Origin: Balanoglossus misakiensis
Lineage: Eukaryota; Animalia; Hemichordata
DNA: 64,000 nucleotides
Direction of reading: 5' to 3'
Assembly: GCA_040954595.2 (NCBI GenBank)
Contig: CM082593.2
Span: 7,600,043 to 7,664,042 of the forward strand
The notes beneath the pieces were generated by a model, which made no database searches, had not been told where the DNA came from, and saw only the letters and a program-made list of their open reading frames with translations. A program made the translations under genes and the position numbers. This document shows, piece by piece, positions 44,754-58,408 of this stretch (within the stretch, counting starts at the first letter, position 1; every line of letters starts with the position of its first letter).

Positions 44754-47700
44754 ATGGCAGAACCCCAGGTAGATGAAGCACACGACCCGGCAGCTCGTGT
44801 GAGGGCGCTGTGCGATCTGGGATCTTCTGTGGAAGTTGATACTAATATACCCCCAAAAAGATATTTTAGATCTGGCTTAGAGATAGCACGAATGGTAAGT
44901 CAAGAATTTAACAGTGAACATTTTCAATGTGGTTCATCAGTATACATATACATTTCTATTGCAACATTTTAGGTTTGCAACTTCCATGTTTGGATACTTG
45001 TGTTGTTGGTACATTTAGTGTACTTGCATGTTGCTGTGGTATGATTGTCACAACACCTTATACAGAACTGATGCTCTGATGTCAGTTTTCATATCTGCTT
45101 TTTTTTCGCAGGCAAATGTTTACTATGATGAGGGAGATCTTGAAAGTGCCTTTGTTTTGTTCTATAAGTTCATTTCGTAAGTTGATCAGCTTTGCCTTTT
45201 TACAAACAGACCGTAAAATCCATACGCATTTAGTTCCGCAGTAGTCCGAATGAACTTGTGGCGTAATGAAGTAAATGCTTCTTGTGAACGGTTATTTGAT
45301 TTTAATCGGTGAGAATGGTTTGATTTGATTTGTGGAATTAATGACCATTGACTTGTTTTGAGTTGTGATCCCAGTGACACTGGCGTGATTTGGTTGATCT
45401 GTTTCAGTTTATTTGTTGAGAAACTGCCGAAACATCCTGGATACAAGGATAAGACATTGCACCAAGACAAGATAAAGAATAAAAAAGTAAGTGTGTGTGT
45501 CACTCCCACTCTTCAAAGTATGAATGCTTAGGTACTGTACATGCATGGTCTGGATCTGAATCTGACAATACCATAAACACCATCATATCTAAAACAACAT
45601 GCCGTTACTGCAGTAACATTAACTGAACCACAATGTACAAAGTAAACACTGTACACTGACATACATGTACCCCACTTTCACCCCACACTGATATCGCAAC
45701 ACAGTGTTCAGAATGAGCAAAAACAGACCCACAGTAGCCCACAAACCCTGACACTACCAATTCTGCAATGGGGACATGTCATCCACAATGACTTGCTTGG
45801 TGAAATAAAGAACTTTTTTTTTATTTCACTCAACACTGGGCTATACAAGCCTACCCTTCACTTCACTACGTCTGTATCAACTTAAAAATAAAATTTGTAA
45901 ATGTATGATGCCTGTCTGACTTCATTGCACACAGAAACTGGAAACGGTCTTCATTAAGGCAGAGGAAGTGAAGAAAAGACTACGAAAAAAATACGAGCAG
46001 CAGCTCGAAGCATGGTTGGTTGAAGAGGTGAGTGGAATCTATTTGCCTATGGAATGTTGGTTTAAGTGTAAGAATGGAAGAACAAGTTTCCATGAAGTGT
46101 ACTTGTATGGGGTTCACACATATGCATTTGAAATACTTCTGAAACTCAATGCAGTTGTACCAATAGATATAAGTGTAGGTGAACCATGGTGCACAGAGAA
46201 ATTCACAAGAACCATTTTTTTTTGTCCAGAGGGAAAGACTGGCAGCCATTGCTCGAGAAGAAGAATTAGAAAGACAGAGACGAGAAGAAGAAGAGAGGAG
46301 ACTTGAAGAACAACGGAAAGCAGAAGCTGACAAGGAAAGAGAGAGACAAGACTATGAACTCGCTAAAGTACTACAAGAAGAAGTAAATATCATTGAAATT
46401 GAAAAAGAAAAACACAGACAGTTGGAACTGAAAAAGCAGCAAGAACTCGAAAGAGAGCGAGAGTTGCAAAAGCAGAGAGAGCTCGATAACAGGGCTGCTG
46501 TTGCAGGTGGGATAGGTGCTGCCACTATTGGAGGAACTCTACCAAGTGTCTCCACTGTGTCACCGGGATTGCCCCCCGCTTCACGACCAGCAACAGCGCC
46601 CCCAAGTGGCGGTTTCAACGCTCAGCACGGCGTTTCTCCCAGTATTATCAACGCCTATAATCCACACTTTATAAGCTCGGATATAAAAGCACTTCCAAAA
46701 CCCCTCCCAGTGCTCCCACCCATCGGTGTAGCAGCAACAAAAGGAATTCTCAAAGATGACCTGAACTCGGAGGTCACCGCGAACTTAATACCTAGGTAAG
46801 CATGACCCTTGACCTTTTGATTGTCAAAGTACACATATGTAGGATGATCAATTGTGAGTCATGGATAATCCGTTATTATGAGTGACAAGATAATGCAGTG
46901 TGAAATAAATGATAATCCGTTGTTGTTAGCAAATGGATCAGAATAGGTTAACTGTTAAATTGGCAACATCGTACCATAATGTATTTTTTTGTTGCTATGA
47001 TTAGCCAGTCAACACCAGCAACCAGTGCATTATGAGTAAAAAAATGTGATCCTCACAGACTTTATGTCCTGGCAAAATCCTCATGTGTCCATGGTCATAT
47101 AAGCCATATTGTTGAATGCTAACTAAATTCACATAAATTCTAGGGGACATATTTTAGGTCCACATCAGATGTATTGTCAGTAAAGAAAGAAAGGTTTATA
47201 TTCAAGTACTTTGCGCAGCACATTTTATAGGATTATGAGTATCATTTGCAACAGAATCAACTAATCACGTTGTGATCTGCAATAATCTCATACAGGTGTG
47301 GGCCCAGTCCATCACTGCACATTTTGAAATCATGTACGATCAGTGAAAGCTTAACTGAATGGTTATAATTATCCCAACTTGACAGGGAACCACCAGCTGT
47401 GGACAGAACTGTCAAACCAGCCACAAACACTGTTGCTGCAGCCAACAAGCACGGGCTCAGACAAGTTGTGGTTCCGCAGGACTTGATGCTCAAGTTTTTA
47501 AATCTGGCTCTCCCGAACACCACCAGAAACGTGGAGACCTGTGCAATCTTGGCCGGAAAACTGGTAAGACAGTCAGAGTGGCTTCTCTACAGTCTACTTT
47601 CTGAACAGTCACATACGATGTAAATTCATGTGTGGTTGCAGTTATAGAAGTATCAATAGAAAGTAAAATTGGGTTTTGATAGCACAATTTGATCAACTTT

Positions 47701-49460
47701 TTTGTGCAGCCACTAAGTGCATACGTAGTCACCCAAATCTCTGTCCAGCTTTTTGCATGTGTGCTTGTGCTTGTGCTAGACTCTAGACAGTCACTTTATA
47801 AATTAGGCAATTTTCGTGACCCCTACATGGACCTTACATCTTTGTACTTTTTGGTATGAATCCATCAGTTCGATTATAATGAAAACTCTACAAAAATCTG
47901 TATTTATGGCTGTATTCAGCCAATAGTTATCTCAGAAAATCTGTTAAATTCCTAGAGGTGAATAAAATTCTTTGTTTTTCTTTGACAGGCACAAAATGCT
48001 TTCCTAATAACCCATGTAATAGTGCCTAAGCAGACTGGTACATCTGATTCTTGTACAACTCTGAATGAGGAGGAGATTTTCGATTACCAGGACAATCATG
48101 ACTTGATAACATTGGGATGGATACATGTAAGTACAGTTTAATAAATCCCTAATGCTACTGTGTCAAACCTGTTTAGAGTGTCACGTCCCTTAAAATACGT
48201 ATTTGCCACTTTTTCTTCTAAAACGTATTTTGACTGTCTTGACATGGCTCTCATACGTACGTAGACACACTTGGCAGTCTGAGCCCCCTGTAAAATGTAC
48301 CAAATCGCGCTGGTTTGTACTGTATTGGTCTGTGGGTCTTGTATAGGCCCTACTGAATAACACACACTTGGCAATCTAACAGGCCTGGGAACCAGGATTC
48401 TAGGCACCCTGGAAATCAAACCAGTTTCAACCGACTTGGCAGCGTTAGGATTAAAGCTCACAGTATATAAGTACTGGTACTGACAATTGTTGACTTTTTT
48501 GTGTGTTTCTTACAGACTCACCCATCGCAGACAGCATTTCTATCTAGTGTTGATTTACACACACATTGTTCATATCAACTGATGATGCCTGAAGCCATAG
48601 CTATTGTATGTGCACCCAAACATCAAGAGTAAGTCACTTCATTGTCTTATCTTATAGGATATGAGAGTAAAAATCTCGCCCAAATGAATAAATAGTAGAG
48701 ACCGATTTTTCATTCTCACACTCCTGGCACGCTGGGAGTGTGAGAACAGAGTGTGAGAACAAATTGTTCTCACACTCTCACTGAATCGAGAGCTGTATAT
48801 GACGCGAGCGCTGATTGGTTGACAAAGCGGTATTTTGCTACGCGCGCTAAAAGTTATCCAATGGCACGATGTGTATTACAGGCACAGAACTATAACGTGC
48901 CCCCAGACAACAGTTCCAGAGTCATTTATTCAATGTTTCAACGAATTTGGCTAATTTGTGACCGTGTGAGAAAAATAATCTCACACACCAAGGACCTGGG
49001 ATCGTATTTCTCACACTCGTCGGGGATATTTTGTCCCACACTCGCCTGCGGCTCGTGTGGGACAGAAAATCCCCAACTCGTGTGAGAAATACGATCCCAG
49101 GTCCTTGGGAGTGTGTGATTCTATTACTCTCGTGTCTACAAGCGGGATGGAAGGTGTGTGTGGTCGAACGTTGATTCACTATATATCCACATGTAGAATA
49201 ACATAAACGGTGTCTTGTATCAAACATAATTAATGGAAAAAGGGCAGCGAGAGAGAGACTTTGTCCCTTTAACAAGCCTTCCACTCTTTTTCAGAACTGG
49301 TATCTTCATGTTGACACCCAGGCACGGTCTGGACCTGGTGGCGAACTGCCGAGAAAAGGGCTTTCATCCACATCAGAAAAATCCGGCGTTGTTTGAAGAA
49401 TGTGAACATGTCACTGTGACCAACTCCAAAAGTATTATTGTGGCAGACCTCAGGCGTTGA
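44754..49460 (+). CDS. STAMBP: AMSH/STAM-binding protein, K63 JAMM deubiquitinase (MIT + SBM + MPN+), 512 aa
   Basis: Exons 44754-44894, 45112-45176, 45408-45486, 45935-46027, 46230-46795, 47386-47563, 47989-48126, 48516-48628, 49295-49460 (1539 nt, in frame). Motifs [20 protein letters not shown]3-binding [50 protein letters not shown]. 5' UTR exon ends at 43392. Confidence 0.96.
48654..49268. mobile_element. Family B MITE interrupted by a nested palindrome-rich element (~48711-49124)
   Basis: Family B sequence at 48654-48710 resumes at 49125 and ends GTCCCT|TTAA; the insert has hairpins at 48713-48746, 48748-48778 and 48988-49108. Confidence 0.8.
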
Positions 49461-51454
49461 TGGTCGTCCGGAGATCAGTGAAACCAGGAAATCAAAAAGA
49501 ATGGACGACTAAAATCAAATCATCAACACTAAAGCTCCAATAGCTGCCATTTTTGCATTAATATTTTCATGATTTTACTTTCAGACTAAGAGTGATCCGT
49601 TGAAATAAGCTAAGTGATATGTATACACAAATATGTTATCAACCTCTGATTGCGCCTGTACTTGTAAATATAAAGAAGTTAAATAATAAATGGGTGCCAC
49701 ACCCATTTAATCAGCCACCTATTGCAAGTGTATACACGACTATTGCGTATGCACAAATGGGTATTAGAATCTGCATAAATTAAAAAAAATATTACTGTTG
49801 ACTTAGGATATAGTGAAGTTTGAAGTATTTTATCGATTGAAAATATGCTTAAAATGGCAGCTACTGGTATGAGAAATACATGGTATTACAGAACATTTAT
49901 GTTTTTAGCCATGTTTTGTTTTGTACATATGCATTTATTGCATGATTTTTGTGGCATTTAGTACCAAAGAACACTTCTAAAGACTATAGTCGTATCATTT
50001 ACAATTATTGTATATCTTTTAATGTGCCAAATTAAACAGTTAAAACTGTTGATAAAGCTGTAATGCACAAGAATTGGGATGACTTGAAATGAATCTGACT
50101 GGACATCAGTGTCACGAGAATCACGATTTCGTTCTGTGTTATGTTTACAGACAAAGCCATGGTGCTAAGAAAAACATTTTGTTTGATCCAAATGGCAGAT
50201 TTATTTATGAAGCCCAAAAGCCAGTCTATTTCAAGTCCATTTTACAAGTACTGCAACTTTGTTTCATTTTGACCCAAATTTTACCAGATATAGCCGTATA
50301 GAGTATTACATAATGAATTAAAAACAGATACTGGAAGTTACAGCCACAGAGATTTGTCCCAGACATGTGGCAAAGAACAATGTACAATGCAATGTTACCA
50401 TGTAGAAAAAGCATTGCAAAATACATGTACACCATTTCTATAACATTTGCATACAGGCATCTTCTTTAAGTGCGGTAAATTCACCTGTACCTTTCTTGGT
50501 CAGCGGTTGGTAATTTTTGCATACACACCCAAAGGAGAGTAGATCTTTAGAATACTTGCACTTTTAATTGCAGTAAATAAAATATGATTACTTGGTTATT
50601 TCATTTGAATACTTCCCATCTTCATGAAAAACGATTTTATGGAGTTCTTTTATTTTATATCAATATCGATATACAACTTATTCTTATCCAAATGTGTACA
50701 TAGTGCAGAAAAATAGATATTTCAACTCTGCTCAGATTGGAGAGTAAGACCTCCGATTCTGTCTTCAATAAAGTCGAAAGAATGTAAACACTTTGTGAGT
50801 GTTTACTTTCTATCGGAATACATAATATTGTTGTGTCATGAGGCCTGATTTGTTTGTTTGGTGATTGCAGAGGAAAATTAACCATCTTGTGGTGGAAGTT
50901 TGATTTAATTTCATTCTTTAACTGTGTGAGAGTAACAATGAACCTGATGTTACTGTTACCGGTATATGTCAGGGCAAAAGTTGGCTGTTGTCACCTCGGT
51001 TCACCTCCCTCTGAATGGCATAAATGAAGTATAGTCTGAATGGTGTGTGTGTGTGGGGGGGGGATCAGAAAAGAACAATATCAAGAACATTGTGTGTACT
51101 TCAAATGAGATTCTGACTTTTAAAATGTGACAAACACTTTTAAATAATACAAACTCAAAACAGTTTTTGTTAACTAATACAAAGTGTCCCATTTTCGATT
51201 TTGAGAAACCACAAGTGTAGTAAGTTTAAGACACTGATATTTCTAAAAACGCATGGCATGTTTACGGTTGTCGTGATGTGATTGGTGGAAATATAGCTTT
51301 GAAACCATTGCTGCGGGTAAAATGCACTGGCTCCTGACTCAACAATCTACTATTTAAAACGAAGATATCAGCAATGTATTAGGAGTTATGAAGGTTCGAA
51401 ATATTGGATTGTGGTAAACCTGTCGTCTTAGTTTCTTTAATTTATTCCGGATAA

Positions 51455-54400
51455 TTATTCATTCTGCATCATTTCTTCCAGCATTTTAAACGATCTTGAT
51501 TGGTGTTTTCGACTTGGCCCTTTTAGAATATCGTCATCCTGTAAGTGCGCCACCACAGGTTGATTTGTATCCACGTCCTCGGTCTGCACCATGTCTTGTA
51601 ATATTTTGAAGGAGCGCGATTGTCGCCCGGCGTTGACGTAAGCGTGGTACCTCATCTCCTCGTCTTGGTTTCGCTCGATGTATCTCTCGCTAGCCTCGCC
51701 GTGTTTGAACTCCGGGCGTTTCTCGTGCACCGCTCGGAACACATCGGAATTGGTGTCGTAAGTTTGGTCACCGTCCCTGGAAGCACAGACAGATTTGAGG
51801 AAAAGAAGTGATAGCTGCAATAATTGTAGCCTTGGTGGGTTGGGTGATCGCTGTCCACCAAGGCTACAATTATTGCAGCTAAAGAAGTGATTATTATCAT
51901 ATTGGTCGAGCATTGAGTTTATGAAACAATTTATTTAATAAACTTCGGAGGTGCGTTGCTGGAAGACAAGAATTCAGAGTCGTCTGAAATGAAATGAAAA
52001 GGCCGGGTTTGAATCAAACGGCGTCGCGAAGATTGATATCCAAGCAGTGATGATCATTTGTTCCCATCAAATTTTTTCATGAAAAAATACTGTACATTCG
52101 GACCAATCAATTCCTCTGCTTCACAAACTGACGTTGAATGGTTTGTCTGAATTTGGAAACAAAACCCGATTCGCCTGGGTCGACTTCGCATAGGCGATGG
52201 CGTTAGTTTTCACTGCAGCCATTTGATTCCAGAGACGATATTGTAATGAGATATGATGTGTTTCTATATTATGAGTGTTATGGTATAGGTTTGGTTTCTG
52301 TGTTGATATCAGTCGTCGGTGGATTTTGAAATCATTGACATTATGCATGGGCCGCCGTGACCCCACAACTCCCATGGATATGTCTTTTCATACATTCCAA
52401 TGATCGAAATGTAAAGCATCTGAGACGATGGTATTACTTAAAGCATGGTGTTCAATACCATGAATTATAATTTTCCATAGACTTCCTGGGCACTCCTTAG
52501 ATATATCACATTTCTCAAACAAAACCGTCTTGCCAAAAACTATGGTATTAATGTGTTTCCATACTAACCCTGAATTCATACAAGTGTATCGAACTGCGTG
52601 TGTAATTAAATAATCTGCAATAATAAGAATGCGAACATGCCTATCAATTCTTCTTTTAAAATACAAGGGTATTTAATTTCGACAAGATTTGTCCCTATAT
52701 ATACACCTACCCTCCGAATACGCCTGTTGTAGAAAGCCCGGCCGTCTGCCCTTTGAATGACTCAGCTATATTTTGTGCCGAGTATATACCGACAGGTGAA
52801 TTGTACTGCAGATGGACGACATTCGCCGTACCCTGTGGAGGACCAAGATTGGTACCTACGGGACTGCGGGCCTTGGCCTTGATAGAGAAAACGAAAGAAA
52901 ACATTTACTAACCATGATGGCGCTATTCTGTGGCGAGATATGTGATCTGGACCTACAAACGCATAGAAAACCTCATATTTCATCAAATAAATTTTACACT
53001 TACAGCTGGTTCTTGGGCATGCCTTGGAGTTTTGGCGCCGGTTTCTTTCCTGCAGTTAAAAACAACATCAATTTTATTTGGACGTAGTGTTTGTACACAC
53101 AAAATTACGCACATGGGCCTACCCATAAGAGGATCATGGACATTCGCATTAGTGAATTTTCTTTTAGTTCTCGCTGCTATGCGTAAACGTTCTAGGTTAC
53201 TCGTAAACAAATCGGCGCGGAATCTCAAGCGGCTCTTCTAAGTAAGAGCTTAGACTATAGTCGCGTAAAGCTACCAGGTCCGATTTTTTCAGTTCAATGT
53301 TGATGAACTAGTGACCGCCACTCACAGACTTTCCACTCATGTTTTTGAGAGAGATTCATCCAACCACAAGATCTAGAGAACGCAGGTCGACACGCCTAGT
53401 AACGACGGTGTTTTTGTTTCGTAGAACAAGTTCCACAGGAGAATTATGACGTCATTGTGAATAGCAATGCACGATGGGATGCGGTTCTTTTTCTAAATAT
53501 TCGATTCAAACGTCGATAACATTCAATTTTACACGTATCAGGTCCGTACAGTATTGTCATGCACTTTATTGAATGGTAGAAAATGGTTTAAAATATATTT
53601 CGTGAAGTCGCGCATATAACACAGAGTTTAATTTTTTTATCGATTATTCAAAAAAGCAAGAGCCGCATCCCCATTCTTCATCTCCAAGCAGAGTTCTGCC
53701 CGCATCTTCTCTGGCTCCGAAACATTCTCCCACTTGTTCTTCGCCACAGTTGGAACACGCGCTGTGTATTGTGGGAAATACGAGCCGATAAGAACTCTTC
53801 GGCGGCGGAGAATGGTTTCGGAGTTCTTATCGGAAAGTGCCGCTACACTCGCGGATTGTTATTCACAATGACGTCAATTGTTCTGTAGAACTCGTTCTAT
53901 GGGAGTGACAGCATGTTAGTGGACAGACTTGCGTCACGGTTGGAAATTCACTTCTAAAAATAGAATGGATTTTTGTCTGTCAGTCACTTGTTTCAAGTCA
54001 GCTTTGAACAGAAAAGATTGAATGTGATGTAGTTATGATCAAGGCACTGGAAGACGGGTAGGGATCTCTCGAACGATTTTTTGCGGGCATCACTGCGCGT
54101 AGCAACGAGAGAATATGGGATCAAGGCAATTTATTGCGCAAACGTGAGGCACTTTTCACCATATCGCTACGCAGGAACGAGGCTCCACGTATATGGTAGG
54201 CCTACTATTACTTCATATATGTTATACGCGCTAGCCGATATTTTATCAGAGTATTAAAGTGATGCAATCAAACTAACAAACACAAAATTAGTTGTTAGTT
54301 CGCTGTTTCCTACCTCTCAAGTGACAGTGTGAGATGCTCAGTCGCATCTTTTAAGATGTCCTGCGCATCAGCGACAGACATATCCTTTGCTGATTGGTCA

Positions 54401-55888
54401 TTGATTTTAAGGATGACGTCATTTGGTAAAACTTGTGCTTTAGCCGCCCTGCCACCAGCAGTTGTCTAAAAATATGAGGGGAGAAAAACATTTACAGACA
54501 GATATAAATGGGAGTTGTTTTCATACAGTGTTGACAAAGTTTAAAGATTTGTCCTTTTTTATTATATCTTCGCAATCCTGTCTGACTAAAATCAGATGTA
54601 TATATGCACGTAATTGTTGTACATTTACTTTGGACCTTGGCGAAGACCGAAGGCACATACATGTACTTTATGTGTACCGGTAAAGATTCCCCGGAATGCG
54701 AATGACGTCAATTACGTCTAAAGACCCCTTAACTTCTCGTACTTTAGAAACCACACTTTCTTTTTGTCGTATACAGAGTACAACGACCGCAGACAGGAAA
54801 TCTCACCTATTTTACATTTTTTGAAGCACCTGATTTAAATGAGTAAAATACGAATGCAGGTTATCGAAATCATTTCCCATGATGCACTACGAAGTCCATT
54901 CCAACTAATATATATGAAAGTTGTATAACATCGATAAATTTATAGCAATGAGTTGTGATGAGGCAAACAGAGTCAAGTGATGCAATTGACAAGTTACAAA
55001 TTGCAGAGAGTGAATTCGAGAGATATCATATTCATTCATATGTTTTCATACATTTCTGGGTCTCGTCTATGACCCTGGTTCGCGAAAACCTACAGCTAGC
55101 CAGCTGAGGAAAACCAGAGGTAGCCCATTTTAGGTCACAACCTTAACCATATGAGAAGTGTTTTAAAAGAACTCTACGACTTTTGACCTTTCACATCTTA
55201 AATCGAAGACGTCGCCTTCAGTATGTTTTTGTCAGGAAAAACAGATTTGATAAACTGCAATCTATATTATTACTTATACTAAGTTACACCATGTCCTTCA
55301 TCCGGAATAATTGAAATATTTGATGTACAAATCCCAAGAAAATAAATTCCACTCATTGATATCTTATGTACCGTATAACAGCTATATATGGACTTGCGGA
55401 CAGTCCGCTGGCTGGAGTGTTTAGTTAGGGTAGTAAATTTTTAATCAATCAAATATTAACACTGCAAATTGTAAAATGTAAACACGATGCCGCGGATTTG
55501 TCATGCATGCAGTCACAACCCGTGAACGCAAAGATATTCAAATCAAAGCGAGTGGCTATAGTATTACTATTACGCAAACATGTCGATACGTGACAATAGC
55601 AAATTCGGCGTCTAAATTAAACACTGTCAGTTATATAATTGAAGGAACTCACACCTCAAAACATTGCTCCGTTTCAAACTTTACATTTACACTGAAATAT
55701 CGTCCGACCTGACACGTGTCAATCAACTATTCTTCTAAAGTTCAACGCATCTTGCAAAGGCGGTGACGGCTGGCATCATAACAAGTTTAACTCACCTTAG
55801 ATATGATGAGGGGTCCATCTGTGCCTTTTCCCCCACCAAGACGAAATCCCCAGGGACTTGGCCCCTCAAGTTTGACTTCCAGCTGCAT
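51455..55888 (-). CDS. LIM-less PDZ + Zasp-motif (ZM) protein, ALP/Enigma (PDLIM/Zasp) family, 259 aa
   Basis: Exons 55888-55796 (MQLEVKLEGPSPWGFRLGGG), 54465-54314 (TTAGGRAAKAQVLPNDVILKIND...LTLSLER), 53049-53004, 52877-52711 (VVHLQYNSPVGIYSAQNI = ZM), 51776-51455 (SDVFRAVHE...QSRSFKILQ...QSRSFKMLE). 780 nt, phases consistent; AATAAA just after the stop (51441-51446). Confidence 0.88.
51812..51881. mobile_element. 70-bp palindromic TAG...CTA element with 9-bp TSD (AcademH-like)
   Basis: Perfect 27-bp arms TAGCTGCAATAATTGTAGCCTTGGTGG; TSD AAGAAGTGA at 51803-51811 and 51882-51890. Confidence 0.88.
53422..53899. mobile_element. Old TIR element with CRE-containing ~50-bp inverted repeats
   Basis: TAGAACAAGTTCCACAG..TGACGTCATTGTGAATAGCAAT versus inverted ATTGTTATTCACAATGACGTCA..CTGTAGAACTCGTTCTA; no clear TSD. 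Confidence 0.65.
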
Positions 55889-58408
55889 CTTTACCACAAA
55901 TAGTAGATGAAAACAGAAATTGGTGCAGAGACGAATTGGTAACAGAGGTCTTAAACCACTAGATGGAATATAAAGTACCGGAATTCCTACAATGCGCCTG
56001 CCTGAACTCTCGCATCATCTTGTGTGTCAATCTCAGACTCTTAAAACAGAGCATGCGCATTGCGCATATCCATCTTTCAACGACCTACTTCGGCTCAAGT
56101 GCGATAGTGTGACTGATAAACATGATAAAGTTGATACGGGATGTGACATAACTTAGTCGAAGTTTTCCTTTTGATTTGAATTTGTCTCGCCTGGGAGAAT
56201 AATCCGCAATGTTCTTTCAACAAAGATGATTATAAACATTTGAAGGCGGTTGCTTTTTTATGGAGCTCAATGTTGCCCGACTGAAAGCGCAGCGTGGTGA
56301 CATAAATTTTATATATGTCTTCAGAGGCTGCAGTTATGCATACCAGCGATCGCTGACCTAGTGTGACGTGTGTTTATCACATTACAACACATTCTATGCA
56401 GATGCAAATTCTATTCGATGGAATTCGACAATCAACAACCCGTATGTATTAATACATTGTTTTTTTTTTTAATCAGGACGTCCATGTGTGCAATGAGTTT
56501 TCCGCTGCAGCGAAAACCGTCGGTGACATTAAACTGCAACAAAGAACACAGACTAAGGAAGTTTCTATTTTGTTCCTTTTCAAACAGAAATTTAATGTAA
56601 ATTGTAATACTGGGTTTAATCTTTAAATATTCGTTTTTTTACTTGAAAGTACACTCTTGACTGTGTGAAGGTGTCCTTGCGAACAATCCACTCATCGCTG
56701 TTTTAAATGAATGGTGGACGTACGGAGTGACGGACGGACAATCAGACAGGCAGGCAGCAGAACAAATATAGCTCCAGTATGAGAGTGCGGGGGTTAATTG
56801 GGACTACAGTTGATATTGCTTTCTAAGATTTCATATCCCATTCGTGACCCAAAATCTAACGAAAAACAGACATCGCATTTAGGTTTGTTTCTGATGTGGG
56901 GAATTTATTTCCATTAAATGTTTCTTTTGTGCGTGGAAACTTGGTATGATTAAACAAATAAAGAGGTTATAATCCATTGAAGTTTAAAAAAACTTGAACT
57001 ACAGTAAACCGTCGATTTTCCGAACGTCAATTATCCGCACTGTTCGGCTACTGTTCGGCTATCCGAACTCACTAGTACTAGTACTTTTAAGGGAGAAAAA
57101 CGATAATTTACACAAGAAATAAAGTGTCACGTAAACCTGCACACACCTGCACAGGTTTTGATGGTCGGTCATCTTTTCACCAAGACATATTTCACAGAAG
57201 AAATGTCAGTGTCAAAGATAAACCAACTCGTCTAAAAGTGTGAAATCTGGCAGAAATGATAGGAGACTTATAAGCCTATAAAAGGTTTTAACCAGAAAAA
57301 ATAACTGCCCTCGTGTTATATATCGTATTCATTGTTATCGACAATGAAATCAATAATTCATCAAATATGATATTAAACATTTAAATAACACAATTGGAAC
57401 TTGTTATTATTATAAGATATCTAGAAATGTCGTAAAAATCAATTGAATTCTATGAAATGCATTGAAATTTTCGAGACAATTATGATAATTAGGAAGTTTC
57501 TCATGGTTACATAATTGCTACGTATTTACTAACCACTTCGCCGGGACACTGTCGTTGTCGCCTCACGTTATTCGGACCATAGCATTCAATTTCAAAAGAA
57601 TAAAACCAATTTATGAAAGCATGATTTTCATGATAGGATATTCAGCCCTGCGACTATCATAATGATTATTTTTAAAAAAATAAGTGTGTTTATACTGATG
57701 TAAACTTGAAAATATTCTTCATTTGTCATATACAGTTGTGCGGGTTTCTCCCCTGCAAGAATGAGTTGGGGCCGCTGGAGGATTTTCTGATTTTGTCGGG
57801 GTGTGACACCCCCTGTCAATGAAATCCTAGCGTCCCACTTCTTAACCAACGTCTCCGATTTTTCTGACCTGTTTCCAGCCCAAATGCATCTAACCATTGA
57901 CGCCGAAGAAACCATGGTCAAAAATGGTCTTAAACATCTTACATCCACCTCAACTATGCAAAAATCTGACCAACTTTAAGAGTTGAAGCCACCCCTTCTT
58001 CTGAAGACGTGAAAGTGGGGTCCATTCGAGCGTCACTACTTTCTCTATGAGACTACCCATACCCGGAGGCTATCTTGGGGATTAATCTTATACCCTTGGG
58101 GCCGTTTCCTCTCTACATAAGCATCAGCTTTGAAACCTGAGTTTCAAGCTACGATGCTTGCCTCTTGTCTGTGATTGTTTTTAATGCGATTCTCCGCCTT
58201 GTACGGCCTTCAGAAAGCGTTGCTTCATCCGGTTGATCAATACCGCCCTCGCGTGACGGGTTTTCAAGATCGTCACTGTCATCACTGACGTAGTACATTT
58301 AAGTTGTCAGTGCGGTAATTTAAAGCAAAGGTGACGGACTCAAAGAAGAGTGTGTTTCTTTTCGAGTAACCGTGTTTCAGAGAAGACACGACGTCTTCAG
58401 CAAGCGTT

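Noticed and set aside
48137-48454. Possible decayed piggyBac-like MITE (CCCTAATGCTAC / GGCAGCGTTAGGA-TTAA)
   Set aside because: TIR match too degenerate to call
52877-55796. Apparent truncated PDZ (exon 1 joined directly to the ZM exon)
   Set aside because: The missing PDZ half was found at 54465-54314 and a linker exon at 53049-53004, both absent or hidden in the ORF track
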